Part shown: one piece after another, positions 18,401-24,980 of the stretch
How the letters are laid out: each line of letters starts with the position of its first letter
How positions within the stretch are numbered: position 1 is the first letter of the stretch
Source of the DNA: an uncultured Bacillota bacterium
GTDB lineage: Bacteria > Bacillota > Clostridia > UBA1381
NCBI GenBank assembly: GCA_949297205.1
Contig: CASFSH010000013.1
Coordinates: 1 to 27,110 of the forward strand
DNA length: 27,110 nucleotides
Reading direction: 5' to 3'
Translations under genes and position numbers: made by a program
The notes under the pieces: model-generated
The model's input: the letters and a program-made list of their open reading frames with translations, nothing else
Database searches by the model: none
What the model was told of the DNA's origin: nothing

Positions 18401-20067
18401 CATGTAATCTTGCCTGTTGAATCCTCTGTTACTTTACAGCCAAGCCCTGTTGTGTCAAACAATGTGTAGCTTCCGTCTGCATTCTTTTTAATCTTTCCAT
18501 CTTTATCTCTTTCAACATCATACTTCTGATTTAAAATGTCATAGCTTACAAGTGTTTTTGTGCTGTCAACCTTAATTGTATGATGTCCGATATTGGCATA
18601 TTGTAATTTTGTAGAATCAGTAAACATATCCGGATGTGCACGATATGGCTTAAGACCTGACGGTGTAGAATACTCATTTGTAATGTAGTTCAGGTTATAC
18701 TCTGTTTCAACCAATTCTGATGTATTGTCTGAATAGTTAAGCTTAACAGCAAGCTTGTTACCTCTTGCATTTAATGCTGGGCTCGGTGGTCTGTTTGTGT
18801 TTGCTATGAATTCAATTGATTGATATTTTCCATCAGCAACGTCGATATTCTTATACATTGAATCTGCTTCCTGGTTTGCATAGATTGCATAATCCTTATT
18901 ACTGTTATCGTGACATTCCGGAACATAGAATTGGAACTTAATTCCTTCAAGTGTCATTGTATTTGTAAGACTCTTATCCCAGTCTGTTCCCTCATCCCAG
19001 TAAGGAAGTTTAAAGAATGAAGGTCTGTAAATTGTACCTGCATAACCTGCGGAACCGTTTGTATAAGAAGGATCATCTGTATAAACTCTTGCAATATTAT
19101 ACATATCCTTCATATCAACAGGAATTGATATAGGCTGCATATTCTTAAATTCCTCTTCGCTCTGCATCAGGGTTATAGCATAAACATTTACATTACAGTA
19201 TGACTGTTCTCTGCCTGCAACCTTTGTATAATTTGCCTGTTCCTCTGCAGGAATATCATCAAATTTAACATACTTACCATTGTTATCCTTATACGGAGTA
19301 GCTGTTGCATTTTCAATTGCAAGACCGATATTATTTGTTGTTGTGTAACTACCGTCCTCGGCAATATCAATATAATAATTATCATTCAAAATACCAAAGC
19401 TTTCAAGAACTCTTGTATTATCAACTTTTACAGTGTTTTTAGCAATACGATATTCAGATGTTCCTATAAAATCATCATCATCTGCAGCTGCAAAGCTGCT
19501 GAAACTCGGAACTCCTGCAGGTGCTGCCGAGCTAACATGAAAAGTTTGATAGCTCTTTACTTCACTGCCATCTGCATAATTAAGCTCTACATATACTCTC
19601 TGATCACCTATGCCTGATCTTTCGGTGTTTGACATAATTTCGATACTTTCATACTTTCCGTCTTTTACGTCAAAATTTTTGAAAGGCTCTGTGCCGGTTC
19701 TGTTTCTCCATGTACAGAGCTGTCCGTCACTGTTCACCTTTGAATCCGGCACATAGAAGGTAAAACGTGTACCTTCAAAATTCATTACATTTGTGTAATT
19801 GTCAACCCAGCTTGAACCTTCCTCCCAATACTCAAGCTCAGTAAACGGTTTCCATGCAAAAAATCCCGGATATGCCGCATTACCGTTTCTGCGGCTCGCT
19901 CCGGCAGGAGTGGGTCCGATTGAGGTGAAAACCATATCTGTGTTGTAAACATTTTTCATGTCATACATTACAGAAACAAGCTTTTCCTCTCCCTGTGCAA
20001 AAGCATTAAAGTTTAATGCTCCCGTTACCATGCTTAATGCCAATAACGCTGATAACTGTTTTTTCAT
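15439..20067 (-). CDS. Secreted multi-module protein with three unnamed beta-sandwich modules and a C-terminal SGNH/GDSL esterase (1542 aa)
   Basis: Signal peptide ending AFA. SGNH blocks: YFGDSQTAG (I), NFGVGGTS (II), FVEFYPND (III), DGTH (V). A final beta-sandwich follows (MTFTFKGTELG..GGKATYVIDG). Confidence 0.85.
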   Translation of the reverse strand: MKKQLSALLALSMVTGALNFNAFAQGEEKLVSVMYDMKNVYNTDMVFTSIGPTPAGASRRNGNAAYPGFFAWKPFTELEYWEEGSSWVDNYTNVMNFEGTRFTFYVPDSKVNSDGQLCTWRNRTGTEPFKNFDVKDGKYESIEIMSNTERSGIGDQRVYVELNYADGSEVKSYQTFHVSSAAPAGVPSFSSFAAADDDDFIGTSEYRIAKNTVKVDNTRVLESFGILNDNYYIDIAEDGSYTTTNNIGLAIENATATPYKDNNGKYVKFDDIPAEEQANYTKVAGREQSYCNVNVYAITLMQSEEEFKNMQPISIPVDMKDMYNIARVYTDDPSYTNGSAGYAGTIYRPSFFKLPYWDEGTDWDKSLTNTMTLEGIKFQFYVPECHDNSNKDYAIYANQEADSMYKNIDVADGKYQSIEFIANTNRPPSPALNARGNKLAVKLNYSDNTSELVETEYNLNYITNEYSTPSGLKPYRAHPDMFTDSTKLQYANIGHHTIKVDSTKTLVSYDILNQKYDVERDKDGKIKKNADGSYTLFDTTGLGCKVTEDSTGKITWEYTKDAEGNYVPYDAAVHTGYTKVANRGDFYYTAAIYAMTLVQSIAEYSKHAATAANEAIAAIPDNVTYANRGVVENAKAIVEELLANGINTKYITDYDKYLAAVKKIDGYVADVVEPDLFVNSSRIYESDPEVDSANGYVAFMSGNAINSKEFKSKDIWKVPWTEVMTDNVLEHNGYNYKLRVVDGLNDGRGVEYYSILRGTGTAAYKSIDVVDGNYAAINILANRDYTYTYCNYDMTVGAVLVYEDGEVYVESAPVQVSDTYSDDSIKVYKNEFGKPGTTAYYLHHYEIMTDETRTLKEIKYLDKKAKAVYNKTTGVYDIEKDGSANEDHRIHTFAMSLVTTKENLAKKYAHYVDAIKAALATLENAPSSYNSMKSIAENIEVLESVGIDVNAIEGIDAYYELLPYFAEVTKVKTYNDTDNAYIELTLDRAIPEDINTSYTVLKDTVETNVKVNAENIMTGDKITGIKLSFAHDMDFDVVNAVKVVIGNRISYNQRVTVLRPLSFDDVVISDDDNFVDLKNFYETQSDNFVVRGKLNKNYDNAEGKMVLAVYDDNRRLVAMTGEIEAGDVEKVITVGNVKMNKNWTLKAFIWSSINEMKPVQDVIVLNKTYGYDNVVDNSKDIKIAYFGDSQTAGNNVTKPLTELLSLQRASSGASVEDKNFGVGGTSMFLGMYRFDDVIKTNPDILFVEFYPNDANSLKTDATREEKSAEIVSYHENVIKRALANEHVPVIIYWNPMCKSEVTIVNADGETVTVPDNSLAVDALANLLEKYDIPMMDFDVYARAQQTAGDAEYDWSNIVESDGTHFTAAGGRLCAEWMYGLMTNETNTYIRETVIAPETVSNITYANPKMIPSIYGMYDANWALTRADSANEGYWDTIEVDAFPEGFMATKAIGAEMTFTFKGTELGMYTLVGKNGGKATYVIDGEKTGTIDLHSSFSMYKCQKAIITGLEDTEHTITITTTTPNASATDATFGIGYFLVDRD

Positions 20068-20106
20068 TTTACATTTTTCCTTTCTTATTTTTATATATTT
20101 TATCCC

Positions 20107-20150
20107 AAGGCTTATCTCTTCAATATCTTTATATTGATGAGATAAACCTT
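20107..20150. other. Long intergenic stem-loop without U-tract
   Basis: 20-bp arms 20107-20126 / 20131-20150 with 18/20 Watson-Crick pairs (one further pair is G-U on the mRNA strand) and a 4-nt loop. It lies 14 nt after the 20165 stop and is followed on the mRNA by GGGAUAAAA. Confidence 0.65.
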
Positions 20151-20164
20151 TCGGTAAAAATCTA

Positions 20165-22921
20165 TTATTTTACTATTGTTTTGTATACTGTTCTCATTCC
20201 CGAAACGCTGTCCCAGAAATAAATCTTAAGTGAGTTGTTTCCTTTTGAATCGGTTGTTAACGTTTCATTTATCGAAGCACTCGTCCCTTTATCAAACACA
20301 CCCGATACCTTTGCTATATCAATCATCTGTCCTTTACCGTTATAAAGACACGCAAAAATTGTATAACTCATATCGTCTCCTGCAGAAATGTTTTTAAAAT
20401 CTGCCTTTACCTTAACAGTTGTACCGAAATATCCCGAAAGACTGTCAATTGTTGCGCCTGCATTATTCTGAATTTTAAAATTGGATATTTCTGTAATCTT
20501 CGGAATCGTTGTGGTTATAACTGTGTTTGTACCGATTGTAAATTCCTCCGAAGCTTCTGTGCCAAGCTCCTTATTTACTATGATTTTATATTTACTTTCG
20601 TAGTCATAATCATTTTTAAAGATTACAGAAACTTTATCATCAACAGTTTTTACATTATAATCAGTAAATTCCTCGCCGTTTTTAAGAACACTGACAAAGC
20701 TTTCAGCCTCTGCCATATCAAGAGTATAGTCAAGACTTACCGAAACATTGTAAAAATCAGTTTGGGCATTGTAACCCTCAAATCTCGGAAGCACTGCCAA
20801 TATCTTATTGTAGTTTCCCAGACCGGCTTTGAACTCTTCATCCTCAAGAATCTTTAATATTGATGTCATTTCATCAAATAATTGAGAGCCTTTTTGTGAA
20901 ATTGAAACAGGCACTTCGCCCGATAGTATTATTTCATTTTCAAGAGAAACATCCATTTCGTTTAACTTCTGAGTATATAAGTCGTGATATTCCTTATATG
21001 CCATAACTGCTGTCATTGCATAAATTGCACAAGCTGTAGGATAGTTACCTCTATTAGAACCTGTTCCGAGCTGTGGTATTACCTCGCCTTCTTCATCACG
21101 GAGATAATTTCCTTCATCATCAGTTAAAAGAATATATCTGTCCATTAGTATATCGTAGCTTTCAAGAACTTTTGATGAATCAGCAGGAATTTCAATCAAA
21201 GCCAAATTTCCGTTCTGTTCCTTTTCAGGCGGACATCTTAAAGCCTTAATACCCTTTCCGTTAAAGCTGTTTGCAAAGAAATTAAGCTCCTCGGTGTAAA
21301 TCTCATCACTTCCGTCAGCGTAATTAAGCCTTATAAGAATATGTCCGGGATTCTGTCTTTCACTATTTGCCATAATTGCAAGCTTTTTATAATATGTATC
21401 TTCAAGGTCAATATTCTTAAACGGATAGAATTCCTTTTCATCGTTTCCGAATGTGTTTCTGTAGGTTGCATATTTAGTATCTGAATTGTCAACACAGTCA
21501 GGAACATAGAATCTGAAACGAATTCCTTCAAATGTCATTTCGCCTGTATCGGTTTCGGTCCAGTCAATCCCCTCATCCCAGTAAGGAAGAGATACAAATG
21601 AATCTCTGTACCAGTTGCCTGCATATCCTGCCTGTCCGTTATTATAGGTCGGTACGCTTGAATAAATTCTCGATGTATTATACATACTGCTCATATCATA
21701 TATAACCGATACACTTTCGTTATCCTTCAAAAATTGCTTTGCCGCTTCATACTTATCTGTGTTGGTGATAAGCGATATATCATATCCGTTATCCTCAGCT
21801 TCTTCAAGCATATCAGAAATAGCATCAATCATCGCCTTGGTAATGTTATTTTTATTTCCCGGCAATGCATCAATTTTATCAACGATTTTCTTTAATTCTT
21901 CAAGCTCTTCAAGCTTACCTTCTGCTGCTTCATATCTGTCAAGATTTTGAAGTCCCGATAAATCATAACCCTTTTCTTCCGCATCCGCAAGCATTAAGGT
22001 TATATTCTTTATTGTTGGAATGTCAGAAATCACTAACCTGTCACCAAGTGAGTTTATGGCATTCTGAATATTTTCAACAGCTAAAGCTTCAGCACCGGCA
22101 AGGTCAATTCCAAGAGTAATTGCATTTACTGCAAAATACAAACTGCTGTTTTTCGGAATTTCTATCTTATATAATACTTTGGTATTATCAAGGTCAACTA
22201 CATAGTTATATAATGAAAGCTTTTTTGTTATCAGATTTTTCTTGCTTATTGCTCTTGCTTCAATAATACCGCCTTCTGCATTTGTCGAGTCGATATCTGT
22301 TATTGTAACCGTTTCCGGCTCATCCTCACCCTGATAATAAAGCTTTATTTCACACTCTGTCTCATCAACCCTGTGGAGTCCGCCTATTATACCAATCTTT
22401 TCATAACAGCCCGGAGATAATTCAAACACCATATTATTTGTACTCGTTGATGCAGAAGATTTGACATCTGCTGCAGCATTCACATTATATGTAAGTCCGT
22501 CGAATGTGAACAAACCGCTTTCGGCATCATATGCTTCATTTGCAAGCACATCATCAATATACATACCTGCCTGATTAAATGCAGAATCAACATTATTACC
22601 AAGTGAATTGTTAACTGTCAGAAATGAATATCTGTCAAAATAACCCGACAAATCAAGATGAACAGATTCTATCTGATTTTGTATCTTAGCTCCGTCGCCG
22701 GAATTTCCCATGATGTCAGCATTTTCCAAGTTGCTTATGACATTATCTTCTATCAGGTCAGAAGCCTCTTGAATCTCAGAATATTCACCCGTCTCCTGCA
22801 ATGCCAAAACCTCATCAGAGCTTACCTGATTCAACTCCGGTTGGGCAAATGATTGCTGAGACATCATAAGCATCTGCACCGCTATTAAAAGTGCCAATGC
22901 TTTTTTAATGTTTTTTTTCAT
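20165..22921 (-). CDS. Secreted modular protein with no recognisable catalytic domain (918 aa)
   Basis: RBS GAGGAG and signal peptide ending SFA. Two copies of the shared module, three helical spacers, an Ig-like domain and a C-terminal ACLYN..KIYFWDSVSGM module. Confidence 0.85.
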   Translation of the reverse strand: MKKNIKKALALLIAVQMLMMSQQSFAQPELNQVSSDEVLALQETGEYSEIQEASDLIEDNVISNLENADIMGNSGDGAKIQNQIESVHLDLSGYFDRYSFLTVNNSLGNNVDSAFNQAGMYIDDVLANEAYDAESGLFTFDGLTYNVNAAADVKSSASTSTNNMVFELSPGCYEKIGIIGGLHRVDETECEIKLYYQGEDEPETVTITDIDSTNAEGGIIEARAISKKNLITKKLSLYNYVVDLDNTKVLYKIEIPKNSSLYFAVNAITLGIDLAGAEALAVENIQNAINSLGDRLVISDIPTIKNITLMLADAEEKGYDLSGLQNLDRYEAAEGKLEELEELKKIVDKIDALPGNKNNITKAMIDAISDMLEEAEDNGYDISLITNTDKYEAAKQFLKDNESVSVIYDMSSMYNTSRIYSSVPTYNNGQAGYAGNWYRDSFVSLPYWDEGIDWTETDTGEMTFEGIRFRFYVPDCVDNSDTKYATYRNTFGNDEKEFYPFKNIDLEDTYYKKLAIMANSERQNPGHILIRLNYADGSDEIYTEELNFFANSFNGKGIKALRCPPEKEQNGNLALIEIPADSSKVLESYDILMDRYILLTDDEGNYLRDEEGEVIPQLGTGSNRGNYPTACAIYAMTAVMAYKEYHDLYTQKLNEMDVSLENEIILSGEVPVSISQKGSQLFDEMTSILKILEDEEFKAGLGNYNKILAVLPRFEGYNAQTDFYNVSVSLDYTLDMAEAESFVSVLKNGEEFTDYNVKTVDDKVSVIFKNDYDYESKYKIIVNKELGTEASEEFTIGTNTVITTTIPKITEISNFKIQNNAGATIDSLSGYFGTTVKVKADFKNISAGDDMSYTIFACLYNGKGQMIDIAKVSGVFDKGTSASINETLTTDSKGNNSLKIYFWDSVSGMRTVYKTIVK

Positions 22922-23130
22922 AATATGTACTCCTCTCTGATATGCTTTTATTTTACCTTACATTTTCTTATTAGTAAACGTAAATTATTACCGTTTAAGC
23001 AGAATAAAATGCCGGGCAATGATTGCTTTTGCTCTTTTACTCCTTTTTTTCGGTTTTTATTAGCTCATTTTACCAATTAAATTTTTAATATAATTGCTTT
23101 TTTGAGTGCTTTTACTATCATCATATTATT

Positions 23131-23159
23131 ATTATAACTACACAAAATCCGTTTGTGAA
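23131..23159 (-). promoter_or_regulatory. Putative sigma-A promoter of the large secreted-protein operon
   Basis: Minus strand TTCACA (23159-23154)-N17-TATAAT (23136-23131), implying a ~200-nt leader before ATG 22921. Confidence 0.6.
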
Positions 23160-23209
23160 TATCAAAAACACTCATTTATTGTTTAAAACGCTTTTCTTAT
23201 TAAAAACTA

Positions 23210-23238
23210 TTGACAATTTGTTGTTTTTATTTTATACT
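23210..23238 (+). promoter_or_regulatory. Sigma-A promoter of the AraC gene
   Basis: TTGACA (23210-23215)-N17-TATACT (23233-23238), 12 nt before the GGAGGTG RBS (23251-23257). Confidence 0.8.
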
Positions 23239-23262
23239 GAAAAAACGAACGGAGGTGTTAAT

Positions 23263-24075
23263 ATGCCAATACTTACTCTTGCAGAACTAAACGACAGACA
23301 CATTATATTTAAAAAAATGTCATTCCGCAAATTATTTCCGTATGACTATGTTGAAAGCTACACCTTTCCGCCGACATCTGTCAGCAGTTTTATTTTCGCA
23401 CTTGACGGAACTGCAACCATAACATCAGATGATTTCAGTCCTTTTCATCTTGAGAAGGGATCACTTTGTTACATTCCGAAAAATTCAGCCTACACATTTT
23501 CAGAAGACGAAAAATATGCATATATAGAGCTTGATTTTGAAATATATGATTATGAAACCAACGAAGAAATATATCTTGAAAAGTATCCTACCCTTATCTA
23601 TCAAAAAACACCAACAGAAATTTCAGATATAATTAACAACATAATCAATATATCCACTTATTCCTCATACGGAAACAATTTAAAATATACATCGCTTGTC
23701 TTTAATATGTTTTATACAATGCTTCGTCACAAGCATTTTGACATACCGCAAAACAGCGATTATTCAAAAATTGCAAAAAGTATAAAATATATGGAGGAAA
23801 ATGTAACAAACACATTAACCTGTGCCGATTTTGCAAAAATGTGTAACTTAAGTGAATCACATTTCAGAAAGCTTTTTAAGCAGCAAATGAACATGACACC
23901 GATGCAGTATAATAACGTTGTAAAGATAAATTTCGCCTGTCAGCATCTGAAAACTTCAAACTGCAGAATATTAACGTTATCTGCTCATCTTGGTTTTGCA
24001 AATCCCTCAGATTTCTGCCATGTATTCAAAAGGGTAACGGGAATATCTGCAAGCGAATACAGAAACAAAAAATAA
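23263..24075 (+). CDS. AraC-family transcriptional regulator (270 aa)
   Basis: Start revised to ATG 23263 (RBS GGAGGTG; the ORF-track extension overlaps the promoter). Cupin-like N-terminus. Double HTH: LTCADFAKMCNLSESHFRKLFKQQMNMTP...LGFANPSDFCHVFKRVTGISASEYR. Confidence 0.95.
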   Translation: MPILTLAELNDRHIIFKKMSFRKLFPYDYVESYTFPPTSVSSFIFALDGTATITSDDFSPFHLEKGSLCYIPKNSAYTFSEDEKYAYIELDFEIYDYETNEEIYLEKYPTLIYQKTPTEISDIINNIINISTYSSYGNNLKYTSLVFNMFYTMLRHKHFDIPQNSDYSKIAKSIKYMEENVTNTLTCADFAKMCNLSESHFRKLFKQQMNMTPMQYNNVVKINFACQHLKTSNCRILTLSAHLGFANPSDFCHVFKRVTGISASEYRNKK

Positions 24076-24167
24076 TCGTTCCAAACAACAGATAACCGCT
24101 TTTAACATTGATTCTTTTTAAGCTTCATGTTAGAACAAATAATATACTTTAAACGGAGGTAATTATT

Positions 24168-24959
24168 TTGATAAAATTAATAGCATTGGATTTTGACTGG
24201 ACTCTTGTTGAACATAAACCCGACAAGCCTTATATTTCCGGCGAACTTATGGATTTTTTTAAAGAATTTATAAATAAAGGAAATTACGCAGGAATTATTT
24301 CAGGCAGACCTGTGTGGGAGTTTAAATGTTCAATTACCGATGCCGGCTTTGAATGGGCAAAACCATTTCCGAATTTTCTTGTAGCAAGAGAAGCCTATCT
24401 TTGGGAATATGATACAAACTATGTCGACATAAAAGAACTTAACGGCGAAGCACATAATGATATTTCTTCGTTAAATCTTATTCTGAGCAAGCATTTAAAC
24501 GGCATAATAAATATGCTTAAAAACAATAATATCATTGTTTCAAATTTCTACATATACGGTGAATTTGCAACTGAAATTCATGTATCATCCGACAAGGCAG
24601 ATACAGCTTTGGAATTGGTCAAAAACTATGTATCGGAGCATAAAATTCCAAATGCCGATGTTCACCGAAATGGTATTATGATAACAATTTATCACAACAA
24701 ATACGGCAAAGGCAATACCTTAAAGAGAGTTGCACAATATTATGGGCTGAAACCTGAAGAGGTCCTCGCTGTCGGTGATAATTATAATGATATTTCCATG
24801 ATTGACGGCAAATTCGGCTTTGTAGGCGGCTGTGTCGGAAATGCAGTTGATGACATTAAAAATACTGTAAAAAAGAACGGCGGTTATGTCGGTGATGGAT
24901 TTGCCTCCGAGGGTGTTATGGGTATTATTAGGCAGCTTCAGACGGAAGGTAAAATATAA
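24168..24959 (+). CDS. HAD-superfamily hydrolase, Cof-like subfamily IIB phosphatase (263 aa)
   Basis: TTG start 8 nt after GGAGG. Motif I LIALDFDWT, motif II ISGR, motif III K (GKGNTLK), motif IV AVGDNYNDISM. Confidence 0.9.
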   Translation: MIKLIALDFDWTLVEHKPDKPYISGELMDFFKEFINKGNYAGIISGRPVWEFKCSITDAGFEWAKPFPNFLVAREAYLWEYDTNYVDIKELNGEAHNDISSLNLILSKHLNGIINMLKNNNIIVSNFYIYGEFATEIHVSSDKADTALELVKNYVSEHKIPNADVHRNGIMITIYHNKYGKGNTLKRVAQYYGLKPEEVLAVGDNYNDISMIDGKFGFVGGCVGNAVDDIKNTVKKNGGYVGDGFASEGVMGIIRQLQTEGKI

Positions 24960-24980
24960 TTTAAAACATGGGAGGTAATA

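Noticed and set aside
18430-18530. DKDG/NADG turns as dockerin or EF-hand motifs
   Set aside because: They lack the duplicated DxNxDGxxxxxD dockerin pattern and fall in the variable loop of the repeated module. I saw no cohesin or LPxTG motifs anywhere.
64-22852. Numerous short plus-strand ORFs (and short alternate-frame minus ORFs) overlapping the large genes, e.g. 64..501, 3131..3604, 11025..11384, 15863..16195
   Set aside because: They are antisense or out-of-frame shadows of long ORFs that have clear domain content, and none has a recognisable motif or convincing RBS.
22922-23125. Riboswitch in the long operon leader
   Set aside because: The leader is very AT-rich, with no recognisable aptamer motif or terminator/antiterminator pair.
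23183-23196. cre/LacI-like site TTAAAACGCTTTTC between the divergent promoters
   Set aside because: The core AAAxCGxTTT fits, but the flanking TG...CA of the consensus is absent, so it is too weak to call.
23155-23262. 36-aa N-terminal extension of the AraC ORF
   Set aside because: It overlaps the TTGACA/TATACT promoter, whereas ATG 23263 has a canonical RBS.
24108-24148. Separate promoter for the HAD gene (TTGATT-N17-TAGAAC, or TATACT at 24143)
   Set aside because: One candidate lacks the conserved final T of the -10 and the other lacks a -35, so it cannot be distinguished from read-through from the AraC promoter.
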